From Candidatus Saccharimonadota bacterium (GTDB taxonomy: Bacteria; Patescibacteriota; Saccharimonadia; Saccharimonadales; DTSZ01): DNA of 64,000 nucleotides. The notes beneath the pieces were generated by a model. The model was not told the origin of the DNA. It worked only from the letters and a program-made list of their open reading frames with translations, and ran no database searches. The stretch lies in NCBI GenBank assembly GCA_012965045.1, contig DTSZ01000001.1, positions 591,629-655,628 of the forward strand, read 5' to 3'. A program made the translations under genes and the position numbers. Of this stretch, positions 8,141 to 17,760 are shown piece after piece; the first letter of the stretch is position 1, and every line of letters begins with the position of its first letter.

Positions 8141-8668
8141 ATGCTGATTTTAAATACACAACTTTTGCCACGGAGCATTATTAGTATTCATGCAAGTTCG
8201 CCCGTAGCATTTGCCAAACACGTCGTTATTAATCCCCATAACTTAACAATATCGGGCTTTTTTGTGGACTACGCCCGCCTTGCTGGGCAACACCCGGTTT
8301 TAATTAGCCAAGATATTCGACAAATTACTCCAAAGTCGTTTGTGATTAACCATGAAGAAGACATAACGCCCGTGGAAGAACTTATACGGTTTTCAAAGGT
8401 GGCAGAACTTAACTACGAACTACTGGGTAAAGAAGTCCGAACAGAGTCAAAAAAGAAAGTCGGCAGCGTAGACGAGTACGTTATTCAAGCTGATGGCATG
8501 GTCATTTACAACCTGCACGTTAACAAGCCTGTCTGGAAAAGCCTCACTGGTGGTGCTCGTATTATTAACCGTAGTCAAATAGTCGAAGTAACTGACAGCA
8601 CTATTATTGTTAAAGACGCTGTCATAACTGAAAAACAAGTTGCGCCACAAGCTATTCCTGCGAGCTAG
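8141..8668 (+). CDS. Hypothetical protein, possibly a tandem PRC-barrel protein.
   Basis: 175-aa ORF. Only weak pattern resemblance to PRC-barrel/YlmC-type proteins. Its 3' end overlaps the recX stop by 17 nt in convergent orientation. Confidence 0.5.
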   Translation: MLILNTQLLPRSIISIHASSPVAFAKHVVINPHNLTISGFFVDYARLAGQHPVLISQDIRQITPKSFVINHEEDITPVEELIRFSKVAELNYELLGKEVRTESKKKVGSVDEYVIQADGMVIYNLHVNKPVWKSLTGGARIINRSQIVEVTDSTIIVKDAVITEKQVAPQAIPAS

Positions 8669-9260
8669 CATCCTCCAGCGCCTTTTTAACATCGCCGTAA
8701 CTAAAACCATTCCGACACAAATATGCAATTAGCTTTGTGTCGTCTTGATAGCGTTTTTGTTTACGTTTGCTGATAATAATTCGTTTTAAACTAGTTGATT
8801 CTTGGTTAAGTTCGTCTAAAACTCGCTCAATAACAGAACCTTCAATGCCTTTTTGTTTCAGTTCAAAAAACAACTTACGTCGCGAAGTTGGCTTAAAGTC
8901 ATTGCGGTCAACCACCCACGATCGGGCAAAATCTTCGTCATTTAAATATTTCAAGTCCAGAAGTTTGCGGATAATCAGCTCACTATCTTCTGCTGCGGCG
9001 TCCTTGCGCATTAAATAGTCACGCATTTCTTTTATGCTGCGTTTTCGTCGCGCTAAGTAATCGAGAGCTTTGGCATACAGTTTGCCATAATCGGATTGTT
9101 TTTTAAGCTCGTCGATACGCTGAGGGCTGATCGTGTCGCCAATTTTTAAGTTGCTGTCCTGCCACTGCGATATCGTTAACGAAAAAGAATAGCTGCCGTC
9201 TATAAAAAATGAAGCCCGATTTTTGTCTTTTTGTTGTTGCTTGATATTTGTAATCTTCAC
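8652..9260 (-). CDS. recX: RecX regulatory protein.
   Basis: Repeated three-helix RecX pattern (ALDYLARRKRSIKEMRDYLMRK..., LKYLNDEDFARSWV). GTG start. Lies downstream of recA. Confidence 0.85.
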   Translation of the reverse strand: MKITNIKQQQKDKNRASFFIDGSYSFSLTISQWQDSNLKIGDTISPQRIDELKKQSDYGKLYAKALDYLARRKRSIKEMRDYLMRKDAAAEDSELIIRKLLDLKYLNDEDFARSWVVDRNDFKPTSRRKLFFELKQKGIEGSVIERVLDELNQESTSLKRIIISKRKQKRYQDDTKLIAYLCRNGFSYGDVKKALEDASSQE

Positions 9261-9276
9261 ATTTATATACTACAGT

Positions 9277-9516
9277 ATGAAATCTATGAATTTAGCAGAT
9301 GAAAAAGCAGACAAAGCCGGCTGTTTAAGGCACGAAGAAGAATTATGCTTATTAGACGCTGAAGCAGCTGAATGGTGTGGTGAGGCAGAACTAGTTTGGT
9401 GTGGCAAGGATAAGCAACAAAGCCCCGGAGCATTTTTGACTGAGATTATAGTCGATAAAGACGAAGAGCTGAGAGCAAAGGGCTGGCACCACACCGACAT
9501 CGCTGACCTACTTTAG
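9277..9516 (+). CDS. Candidate 79-aa acidic four-Cys protein, antisense between recA and recX. Possibly leaderless.
   Basis: TTGATA (9241-9246), 17-nt spacer, TATATA (9264-9269), 7 nt, then ATG 9277. The sequence is protein-like, with pattern C-x7-C-x9-C-x7-C. No SD. Confidence 0.4.
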   Translation: MKSMNLADEKADKAGCLRHEEELCLLDAEAAEWCGEAELVWCGKDKQQSPGAFLTEIIVDKDEELRAKGWHHTDIADLL

Positions 9517-10523
9517 GCAGTGCTAGCTTCGCGAATTTTCTTTTCGATTGTAGCCATATCTTTAGGGTGATCAGCCAGCCACTGTTTCGCAGCTTCCTTG
9601 CCCTGGCCAATCTTTTGATCGTTGTAGTCAAACCATGCACCAGCTTTCCCAATAATGTCGCATTTGACACCTAAATCCACTATATCGCCAGTTTTTGAAA
9701 TGCCTTGGTTATACATTATGTCGAATTCAGCAATTTTAAACGGTGGGGCAATTTTATTTTTTACCACTTTAACTTTTGTTCGATTTCCTATTACTTCATC
9801 GCCAGATTTAATTTGGCCAATACGCCTGATATCTAGCCGGACAGAGCTATAAAATTTTAGTGCGTTGCCGCCGGTTGTGGTTTCTGGATTACCGAACATG
9901 ACGCCGATTTTCATTCGTATTTGGTTAATGAATATAACCGTACAATTTGTGCGATTAATTACACCTGTTAATTTACGCAGCGCTTGGCTCATAAGACGAG
10001 CTTGCAAGCCCATGTGACTGTCACCCATTTCGCCTTCAATTTCTGCTCGTGGCACTAATGCGGCAACAGAGTCGATCACCACAAGGTCAACGGCATTAGA
10101 CCGCACTAATGTCTCGGCGATTTCCAAAGCTTGTTCGCCAGTATCAGGTTGCGAAATAAGTAAATTGTCGAGGTCAACGCCAATTTTTTTAGCGTATTCA
10201 GGGTCAAGGGCGTGTTCGGCGTCAACAAATGCAGCTGTGCCACCTTGTTTTTGAATTTCGGCAACAGCGTGCAAGGTTAGTGTGGTTTTACCAGAACTTT
10301 CTGGGCCGTAAATTTCGATAATCCTCCCCCGTGGCAAGCCACTGCCAAGTGCAAGGTCAATGCTTAAACTGCCACTTGAAAACGTTTCAACATTTTTAGC
10401 AGTATTTTCACCTAAATTCATAATAGAACCACTGCCAAATTGCTTTTCGATCTGCTCCATCGCCAGCTTTAGTGCTTGTTTTTTACCGTCGTTTGATCCA
10501 CCCTTGTCAGCCTTTGCCGCCAT
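9513..10523 (-). CDS. recA: Recombinase RecA.
   Basis: GPESSGKTT Walker [10 protein letters not shown], and full-length collinearity with the RecA pattern. Confidence 0.98.
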   Translation of the reverse strand: MAAKADKGGSNDGKKQALKLAMEQIEKQFGSGSIMNLGENTAKNVETFSSGSLSIDLALGSGLPRGRIIEIYGPESSGKTTLTLHAVAEIQKQGGTAAFVDAEHALDPEYAKKIGVDLDNLLISQPDTGEQALEIAETLVRSNAVDLVVIDSVAALVPRAEIEGEMGDSHMGLQARLMSQALRKLTGVINRTNCTVIFINQIRMKIGVMFGNPETTTGGNALKFYSSVRLDIRRIGQIKSGDEVIGNRTKVKVVKNKIAPPFKIAEFDIMYNQGISKTGDIVDLGVKCDIIGKAGAWFDYNDQKIGQGKEAAKQWLADHPKDMATIEKKIREASTA

Positions 10524-10598
10524 GTACCCCTCGCTTTCTTGATTACTCTAGTATACAAACAAATATTGACTAAATAAAATACAGATTATCTAAAGTGA

Positions 10599-10610
10599 TT
10601 ATGCTTATAG
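10599..10610 (+). promoter_or_regulatory. pil-box copy 1 (TTATGCTTATAG), about 60-70 nt upstream of the pilB start.
   Basis: The exact 10-mer TTATGCTTAT is shared with 13890-13899 and 14461-14470. Confidence 0.45.
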
Positions 10611-10667
10611 GTAGAAAAACTAAAGATGGAAAGCTATAATACAGCTAATGATTAAAAATAGACATGG

Positions 10668-12635
10668 GTGGCGCAGCGAATGAGAATCCCTGATGCAATG
10701 GTGCAGCAGCTACTGCTGGAGGCCAAAAAAACCACAACCGACCAGATTGACGAGCTGGCTAAGCTTGGCAAACAACAAAATAAACCACTGCAAGATATGG
10801 TTATCGAAAAGCAGGTCATTAATGAAGCTGAGCTGGCTCAGCTCTACTCCAAAGAAATCGACGTATCCTTTATTGACCTGAGCGAACTAAAAATCGACAA
10901 AGAAATTTTAAAGCAAATTCCAGAACGAATTGCTAAAGAGTACCGAGCTGTTTTATTTGAAGTAAAAGGCGACACAAAAAAACTAGCCCTCGCCGATCCA
11001 GACGACTTACAAGCAATCGATTTTTTAACCAAACAACTTGGTGGCAATATCGAAATTTATCTTGCGACCAACAAAGACGTGTCGGTCGCGCTCGATGACT
11101 ACAAAGGCAGTCTTTCCAGCGAATTAAGCTCTGTTGTTACTGGTGAAGGTGACGAAGAAGAGGCAGTAAAAGAAGCTGTTAAAGAAGAAGATTTAGCCGA
11201 AGACTCGCCAATAGCCCAAACCGTAAACTTAATTATTGAATACGCTATTAAAGCCAAGGCCTCCGACATTCATATTGAACCACGCGAGCAATTTGTGCAG
11301 GTGCGCTATCGGGTCGACGGCGTTTTGCGTGAGGCCAATAAGCTGCCGCGTAAAGTAATGGCCGCATTAGTGTCACGTATAAAAATCCTGGCTAACTTAA
11401 AGATCGACGAACACCGTGCTCCCCAAGACGGCCGATTTAAAATTTCACTTGGTGAAGCCATTTATGCAATGCGGGTGTCTACCCTGCCAGTAGTTGACGG
11501 CGAAAAAGTTGTTATGCGTATTTTAGACGAAACCACACAGGCTCTTAGCCTTGAAGAGCTCGGCTTTTGGGGTGTGAGCCTAAAAAACATTCACGATGCA
11601 ATAAGCCAACCACATGGCATTATGCTAGTGACCGGCCCGACTGGATCTGGTAAGTCGACTACTTTGTTCTCGGTACTAAACCTGCTTAATAACCCTGGTG
11701 TTAATATTTCTACCATCGAAGACCCAGTTGAATACCGCATTCCGGGTGTTAACCAAACTCAAGTAAACGTAAAAGCTGGCATGACTTTCGCAGGTGGTTT
11801 GCGGGCGCTACTGCGACAAGACCCAAACGTTATCATGATCGGTGAGATCCGTGATGGCGAAACAGCTGATCTAGCTATACAAGCTGCTCTAACTGGCCAC
11901 TTAGTGTTTGCCACTCTGCACACCAACAACGCTGCAACGGCTATCCCGCGGCTTCTGGACATGGGTGCAGAGCCATTTTTGATAGCTTCTACCGTACGAG
12001 CGGTGATTGGTCAGCGACTTGTACGTCGCCTTAGTCCCGAAGCACGCGAAAGCTATCACCCAACTCAAGCCGAATTAAAAGACATAAAAGATAATTTTGA
12101 AATTAAAGAGGCGATCGCTCAAGTTAAACAAGCCGAAAAGATTAAAATCGACAAAGAGGAGCTTGAAAAAGAGTCCAAAAAAGTCATAAAACCCGTTAAT
12201 GCTGACGTTAAAGACAAAAGTATCATGGATAAAATTAAAGAAGATCCGAATATACTAGATCGGTCTGCGGCTGAAGCCGTGGCTGAAAAAGCTGTTAAAG
12301 AGGCGGTTAAAAAGCAAGAAGAAAAAGAGTCCAAGCCGAACGACACAAAAGATGACGATGAGGCTGAAAAAATTCAAACTTCTGAAAGCAAGCTAACGCT
12401 GTGGCGAGTTAAAGAAGGTGCTGAAGGCACTGGCTATAAAGGTCGAGTAGGAATTTATGAAGTTCTATCAATTTCCCAAAAAGTTCAACAGTTGATTTCT
12501 GCTCGAGCAACCGCCGACGAAATTCAAGACCAGGCTATTAAAGAAGGCATGATGACCATGCAGCAAGACGGATTTGTTAAAGCTATGCAAGGTCGAACCA
12601 CTGTCGAAGAAATCCTAAGAGTGACACGAGAATAA
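10668..12635 (+). CDS. pilB: Type IV pilus assembly ATPase PilB/GspE family, with a K/E-rich insert replacing the tetracysteine region.
   Basis: T2SSE N-domain, Walker A GPTGSGKST, IGEIRD, TGHLVFATLHTN. GTG 10668 or ATG 10680 as start. Confidence 0.9.
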   Translation: MAQRMRIPDAMVQQLLLEAKKTTTDQIDELAKLGKQQNKPLQDMVIEKQVINEAELAQLYSKEIDVSFIDLSELKIDKEILKQIPERIAKEYRAVLFEVKGDTKKLALADPDDLQAIDFLTKQLGGNIEIYLATNKDVSVALDDYKGSLSSELSSVVTGEGDEEEAVKEAVKEEDLAEDSPIAQTVNLIIEYAIKAKASDIHIEPREQFVQVRYRVDGVLREANKLPRKVMAALVSRIKILANLKIDEHRAPQDGRFKISLGEAIYAMRVSTLPVVDGEKVVMRILDETTQALSLEELGFWGVSLKNIHDAISQPHGIMLVTGPTGSGKSTTLFSVLNLLNNPGVNISTIEDPVEYRIPGVNQTQVNVKAGMTFAGGLRALLRQDPNVIMIGEIRDGETADLAIQAALTGHLVFATLHTNNAATAIPRLLDMGAEPFLIASTVRAVIGQRLVRRLSPEARESYHPTQAELKDIKDNFEIKEAIAQVKQAEKIKIDKEELEKESKKVIKPVNADVKDKSIMDKIKEDPNILDRSAAEAVAEKAVKEAVKKQEEKESKPNDTKDDDEAEKIQTSESKLTLWRVKEGAEGTGYKGRVGIYEVLSISQKVQQLISARATADEIQDQAIKEGMMTMQQDGFVKAMQGRTTVEEILRVTRE

Positions 12636-12636
12636 T

Positions 12637-13869
12637 ATGGCTAAGTTTGAATACACCGCAAAATCAGCCGAAGGCCAAGTTAGTAAGGGTGTTATTGAGG
12701 CCAGCGACCGAGCGGCCGCCCAAAAGGTATTAGTAGACCGTAAGCTTGAAATGCTGCTTTTAAAAGAAGCTGAGAAACAATCTGCGCTTAACAAGTTTTT
12801 AAACTTCAATCTGTCTGACCCAAAAGTAAAACTTCAAGATAAAGTCGTCTTTACCCGGCAACTTGCTACCATGATAAACGCTGGAGTGCCACTTGCACGT
12901 TCTCTGTCTACGCTGTCGGCTCAAACTGACTCCAAAGCCCTAAAAATCTACCTGCCAAATATCGTCAAAGACGTCGAAGGCGGGTCAACCTTTGCCGACG
13001 CGTTGGCTAAATATCCTAAAGTGTTTAATGACATCTACGTAAACATGGTCCGTGCTGGTGAAGCTGGTGGTATTTTAGATTCTATTTTGGAGCGATTGGC
13101 AGAACAGCAAGAAAAAGACGCTGAGATCAAAGGTAAGCTCAAGAGTGCTATGACCTACCCAGGGGTGATATTAAGCATTACTATAATTGCATTTTTATTC
13201 CTAATGACTACTGTTGTACCTAAAATCGGCAATATTATTCAAGACTTAGCTGGTGAGGACTACACCCCGCCTGTCTATACAAAAGTTATGTTAGGCATTA
13301 GTGACTTTTTAGTTAATTACGGCATAAAATCTTTACCGTTTATAGCCATTGGAACAGTCTTACTTATACGCTTTATCCGTAGCCCCAAAGGCAAGCCACT
13401 GTTTCATAAATTTTTACTAAAAATCCCACTGATAAATAAGATTCTTATTAAAGTTGCCTTGGCCCGGTTTGCGCGTATATTTAGTTCGCTAAATGCGGCT
13501 GGCGTGAATATTCTTGAATCGCTCCATACTACTGGTGCGGCGGTTGGAAACTTAGCCATTAAAGAGAAGATCGACGCTGCTGCCGAGGCAGTAAAAAGCG
13601 GTAAACCACTCAGCGAACCGCTTAGTAAAGACCCAATGTTTCCACCAATTCTGGCGCAAATGATAGCTGTTGGCGAAGAATCTGGAGATATCGATACTAT
13701 TTTGCAGAAATTAGCCAGCTTTTACGAACAAGAGGTGGACCAAGTTGCTGACGCCCTTACGTCCATATTGGAGCCGCTAATGATCGTTGTTTTAGGTGGA
13801 ATCATTGGCATGATCGCCTTATCGGTCTTTGGCCCAATTAGCTCAATTACTCAATCAATTGGTGGTTAG
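12637..13869 (+). CDS. pilC: Type IV pilus platform protein PilC.
   Basis: Two GspF repeats (FTRQLATMINAGVPL, FARIFSSLNAAGVNI) and three TM segments. Confidence 0.9.
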   Translation: MAKFEYTAKSAEGQVSKGVIEASDRAAAQKVLVDRKLEMLLLKEAEKQSALNKFLNFNLSDPKVKLQDKVVFTRQLATMINAGVPLARSLSTLSAQTDSKALKIYLPNIVKDVEGGSTFADALAKYPKVFNDIYVNMVRAGEAGGILDSILERLAEQQEKDAEIKGKLKSAMTYPGVILSITIIAFLFLMTTVVPKIGNIIQDLAGEDYTPPVYTKVMLGISDFLVNYGIKSLPFIAIGTVLLIRFIRSPKGKPLFHKFLLKIPLINKILIKVALARFARIFSSLNAAGVNILESLHTTGAAVGNLAIKEKIDAAAEAVKSGKPLSEPLSKDPMFPPILAQMIAVGEESGDIDTILQKLASFYEQEVDQVADALTSILEPLMIVVLGGIIGMIALSVFGPISSITQSIGG

Positions 13870-13873
13870 GTAG

Positions 13874-13902
13874 TTGACCCCTTAACCGCTTATGCTTATA
13901 AT
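13874..13902 (+). promoter_or_regulatory. Near-consensus sigma70-type promoter for the pilin gene. It overlaps pil-box copy 2.
   Basis: TTGACC (13874-13879), 17-nt spacer, TATAAT (13897-13902). GAGGAGGG RBS before ATG 13971. Confidence 0.65.
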
Positions 13903-13970
13903 TCCGTATAGATACGGCAAATAACGTATTCTTTATCAACAAATAAATAAATGAGGAGGGTGGACTCTCA

Positions 13971-14399
13971 ATGAAAGTCTCATCACTACGAAAACAACAA
14001 GGTTTCACAATTATCGAACTTTTGATCGTAATTGTTGTAATCGGTATCCTAGCTGGTCTAGTGCTTAACGCTTTTGGAAATATCCAAGAACGAGCACGTG
14101 ACACAGAACGACAAAATGACATTAACGCGTTGCACACAGCTCTTGAGTTGTACTACGCAGACAACGGGTACTACCCAGCTGCATTGTCTGACTTAAATGT
14201 TAACGCTGAAAGCTTAGAAGGTCCAAACGCAGAAACCTACAACTTTGCAACAACTGCTAGCTGTACAACACTTGCAGGTAACTGTGCAGAGTACACGCTT
14301 AACGCGACTATGGAAACCGACCAAGACGACGACGGTGACGTTGACGCAAGCGACGTGTTTGCTCGCGACAGTCTAAACGGAAACCCAGGCTCTCTATAA
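13971..14399 (+). CDS. Type IV major pilin (prepilin).
   Basis: Leader plus GFTIIELLIVIVVIGILAG class III signal. C-terminal Cys pair (SCTTLAGNC). Confidence 0.9.
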   Translation: MKVSSLRKQQGFTIIELLIVIVVIGILAGLVLNAFGNIQERARDTERQNDINALHTALELYYADNGYYPAALSDLNVNAESLEGPNAETYNFATTASCTTLAGNCAEYTLNATMETDQDDDGDVDASDVFARDSLNGNPGSL

Positions 14400-14420
14400 C
14401 ATAGAGTTGTCTGAGTCAGT

Positions 14421-14452
14421 AAAAAACCTCCTCTAAACCAGGAGGTTTTTTT
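14421..14452 (+). terminator. Rho-independent terminator after the pilin gene.
   Basis: aacctcc-tctaaacca-ggaggtt followed by a T-run. Confidence 0.75.
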
Positions 14453-14460
14453 AATTTAAC

Positions 14461-14473
14461 TTATGCTTATGAT
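14461..14473 (+). promoter_or_regulatory. pil-box copy 3 (TTATGCTTATGAT) upstream of pilM.
   Basis: Exact 10-mer shared with the pilB and pilin upstream regions. A TATGAT -10-like hexamer is present. Confidence 0.45.
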
Positions 14474-14517
14474 ACTGATATAATTCATGTATAACTTGCG
14501 TGGGCAAAAAATAAAAA

Positions 14518-15639
14518 ATGAATACACCGTTATTTTATAAAAATAAACCAATCTTTGGCATGGATATTGGGCATAGTACGCTCAAAGTCGTTCAATTAAC
14601 TAAAAATTCAGATTCATCTTTGCTGGTTCAAGGTTATGGATTTAATAATTTTTCTGGTTCGGCGATCGAGAATGGCATTATTACCGACCCAAGCGAAGTT
14701 GCTCAGGCAGCGTACAGCTTACTTACAGAGAAAGTCGTGGGTGGCATTACCACGAACCGTGTGGTCTCAGCTATACCGGTGTCAAAAACCTTTACGCGAG
14801 TACTTACTTTGCCGGCTGCTAGCGAAGACCAACTTGATGAAGCTGTAAAACTTGAAGTTGAACAATACGTCCCAGTACCAATTGACGACTTATATATCGA
14901 CTACAAAATTACCTACCGAGACACGTCCAAAAAAGACGAAGAGCTTGAAATACTTATGGTAGCCGCACCAAAATTAATTGTAGACAGCTATATGGACTTA
15001 TATGAAATGTTGGGATTGGAAGTCGCAGCCATCGAAACCAGCCTTATATCTTCGGTCCGTGGAGTAAAAAATTCGTTCAATAAAAAACCCGATCCAAAAA
15101 AAGGTAAATCAAAGTCTAAAAAAACCAAAACTCAAGCAACTTTACTAATCGACTTTGGAGCAAAATCCAGTGACTTGAGCATATTCGACAATACCATCCG
15201 AGTTACAGGCACTATACAAAAAGGCGGTGACGATATAACAAAAGCTATTGCCGACACCCTGAAACTTACCGAACGACAGGCTCATACTCTAAAAAGTCGA
15301 CATGGCTTAAGTGATAGCAAGCATCAAAAGAAAATAAATGACGCCGCTAAGCCAGTATTGGCAGAGCTTGGCCGTGAAATTCGTAAGATGAAGCGTTATT
15401 ACGAAGGACGCGCAACTGACGAAGGAGAGATTTCCCAATTAATTATTCTTGGTGGTGGCGCCAATCTACCAGGTTTGCCAGAATTTCTAAATAAAGAAAC
15501 AGGGATAGAAACTAGCGTTTGTAACACCTGGAACAATGCTGATTTTGGCCGACTCCAAGAGCCGCATCGGCTCGAAACAACTATGTACACCACAGCCTTT
15601 GGGTTGGCGTTGGCCCAAATTAAGGGAGAATTGCGATGA
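14518..15639 (+). CDS. pilM: Type IV pilus assembly protein PilM (actin-like ATPase).
   Basis: MDIGHSTLKVVQL start motif, ILGGGANLPGL, and position ahead of pilN. Confidence 0.85.
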   Translation: MNTPLFYKNKPIFGMDIGHSTLKVVQLTKNSDSSLLVQGYGFNNFSGSAIENGIITDPSEVAQAAYSLLTEKVVGGITTNRVVSAIPVSKTFTRVLTLPAASEDQLDEAVKLEVEQYVPVPIDDLYIDYKITYRDTSKKDEELEILMVAAPKLIVDSYMDLYEMLGLEVAAIETSLISSVRGVKNSFNKKPDPKKGKSKSKKTKTQATLLIDFGAKSSDLSIFDNTIRVTGTIQKGGDDITKAIADTLKLTERQAHTLKSRHGLSDSKHQKKINDAAKPVLAELGREIRKMKRYYEGRATDEGEISQLIILGGGANLPGLPEFLNKETGIETSVCNTWNNADFGRLQEPHRLETTMYTTAFGLALAQIKGELR

Positions 15640-16229
15640 TAAATTTGCTCCCTCCAGATTACAAAGAACAAATAAAATATAGTCGCTATAACATTACTAT
15701 GGTCGGATATGTAGTATTGGTGTTCTTAGTAGGTTTGGCTATGTCGGCAATATTATTTGGCTCTAGCCTTATCGCACAAAAACAACTAAATGACCTCGAT
15801 GCCCAAATTACTGATCAACAGCAGCTTATAAACAACTTCGACGCTGTCCTGCAAGAAGCCAAAGAACTCGATGCTAAAATCGAAAAAGCCGGTGAAGTCA
15901 TTGCTAACGAGAGTAATTTTATTGGCTTCTTAGAAGAACTGGAGGGTGTTATCCCTGACTTTGCTCGTATTGCTTCGATTAGCTTAAGCCATGCGTCTCA
16001 AACAACCGGACCGGATGCACCTGAAGAAGATTTATTGCAGTTGACTATGGCTGTGTCTAGCCGAGACCAAGTAGCTACCTTGCAAAAGACACTCGAAACT
16101 ATGCAGCGCGTTGAGTCGATTGACGTTCAAGCCGTGCGACAAGACGAAAATGACACATCACAGTTCACAGTTGATATGTTATTAAAGCTAACGTCTCGTC
16201 CAGGTGAAAGACTGGAGGTAGCTGAATGA
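15636..16229 (+). CDS. pilN: PilN-like pilus assembly protein.
   Basis: INLLP motif, single TM, coiled coil. Overlaps the pilM stop by 4 nt. Confidence 0.7.
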   Translation: MINLLPPDYKEQIKYSRYNITMVGYVVLVFLVGLAMSAILFGSSLIAQKQLNDLDAQITDQQQLINNFDAVLQEAKELDAKIEKAGEVIANESNFIGFLEELEGVIPDFARIASISLSHASQTTGPDAPEEDLLQLTMAVSSRDQVATLQKTLETMQRVESIDVQAVRQDENDTSQFTVDMLLKLTSRPGERLEVAE

Positions 16230-16867
16230 GACCTAAGGCACTTTTCGTAATCCTTTGTTTCGCACTGGTCGCTAGCACGCTTGCTGCCGGTAGCATTTAT
16301 TACTTTGTTCAAAATGATCTCGAGTCTAACCTTGAGCTAATCCGAGAAAAAACCGCCGAGCTCGACACAATTGATGAAAAAGCTCGACTTCTAAATGACA
16401 CAAAAATTGAACTGCAAACCCTTAAAGATCAGAATATAGATCAAAAAATTTCAACCATACTTCCTGATGTAAAGAATCAACCTCAGGCAATTCAAAATTT
16501 ATATTCTATATTCGATCAAAACAAAATTGAGCTTACAGGAATTACGTTTGAAAGCACCGAAGATGAGCCAAACAATACCTCCCAGTCGACTGCGACCGAT
16601 GTTACCGGTGTTCTCTCGCTGCCAGTTGAACTAACCTTCAATCCAGAAATGTCATATTCAAAAGCTAAAAATCTTATAAAAGATCTCCAGCAGTCGAGCC
16701 GACATTTGAGCATTTCGGAAATGCAGCTTACGCCAAATTTGGATTCTGGTAATGTACTGGTATCGATTAGTGTCGACATCCACTTCGAAGCCGAAGTAGC
16801 AGGAGCAACATCAGAATTGTCGCGCGAAGAAGTCCTTAAGCAGATTGAAGAAGGCAACCAACAATAA
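16226..16867 (+). CDS. pilO: PilO-like pilus assembly protein.
   Basis: N-terminal TM plus coiled coil. Operon position and 4-nt overlap with pilN. Confidence 0.6.
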   Translation: MRPKALFVILCFALVASTLAAGSIYYFVQNDLESNLELIREKTAELDTIDEKARLLNDTKIELQTLKDQNIDQKISTILPDVKNQPQAIQNLYSIFDQNKIELTGITFESTEDEPNNTSQSTATDVTGVLSLPVELTFNPEMSYSKAKNLIKDLQQSSRHLSISEMQLTPNLDSGNVLVSISVDIHFEAEVAGATSELSREEVLKQIEEGNQQ

Positions 16868-17163
16868 TGAAAAAATATCTCGAAAAACTTTTACCACTCC
16901 TCCAAGCTTTATTGAAACTGAAGGTCATTATCCTTAGCTTAATTGTGTTTATTATACTTAGCTTAACGATTACGCAGGCCCAAAAAGTTGGTGATAGCAT
17001 GCTTGACCGTGAATTAATCGACAAGAAGAGACTTGAAATTCAAGCCAATAAAGTAGAGTTCGATCAGGAAACGATTGATATCATCTACCAGCGCGTTAAA
17101 GAAGCTAATTTAGAAGCTCAGCCTGTAGACGATTCAACAAGCAACCCATTCTTTTACAACTAA
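16867..17163 (+). CDS. Small membrane protein at the end of the pilMNO operon.
   Basis: 98-aa ORF that starts on the pilO stop. One TM segment. Confidence 0.5.
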   Translation: MKKYLEKLLPLLQALLKLKVIILSLIVFIILSLTITQAQKVGDSMLDRELIDKKRLEIQANKVEFDQETIDIIYQRVKEANLEAQPVDDSTSNPFFYN

Positions 17164-17705
17164 ATAACGTCGATGCCGTATTTTTTAATGAATTTTTCGT
17201 GCGCCTCGTTAATTTGTTTGGCTGCTACAACTGGGTCTTTAGCCAGGCGAAAAGCAAAATTTGCGGTTTCTCCAGCTGTTTCAACTTGAATCGTTCCAAA
17301 GTTAAATACTGACGCAAAAAAGCCCCGCTTAATTGCGGTTACATCTTGAACTTTTTCTAAACTTAATTGCGATACTGCTGAGCTAAACAAGCTGGTTTGC
17401 AATATTTGCACCAAGTTTTCTGACGTGACTATTAATTCGTTTGTCCGATATATTCTTGCGGCAATGTAGGTGCCAATTGCTACTAACACTGACACAGCAA
17501 AGACAACCATTAAAAACATAGCCCCTTTAAAAAAATCCGGGAAATCAGCACCAAGACCACTGCTGCGTGCAAGCAATGCAATTCCAATTAAAAGAGCTAT
17601 GATAAATACCCCTGATCCATAAATTGGTATAAGACCAACTGGGTGACGCCGAACTTCAAAGTCAACTGTTTCGCTTGGGTCAATATTTAATATTGTGGAT
17701 CTCAT
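17160..17705 (-). CDS. Membrane protein with a bacterial PH-like (YdbS/YdbT-type) domain.
   Basis: Two TM helices followed by a roughly 80-aa soluble domain. The pattern resembles the bPH_2 family. Confidence 0.55.
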   Translation of the reverse strand: MRSTILNIDPSETVDFEVRRHPVGLIPIYGSGVFIIALLIGIALLARSSGLGADFPDFFKGAMFLMVVFAVSVLVAIGTYIAARIYRTNELIVTSENLVQILQTSLFSSAVSQLSLEKVQDVTAIKRGFFASVFNFGTIQVETAGETANFAFRLAKDPVVAAKQINEAHEKFIKKYGIDVI

Positions 17706-17760
17706 AATGGTAGTGCTTACTAGTAGTTTTAGTTATACTCTAATTAGTATACACATTATT

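Noticed and set aside
9270-9500. 76-aa minus-strand ORF in the recA-recX spacer.
   Set aside because: It is Ser-rich and low-complexity, with no promoter or RBS. The plus-strand ORF with promoter geometry is the better, though still uncertain, candidate.
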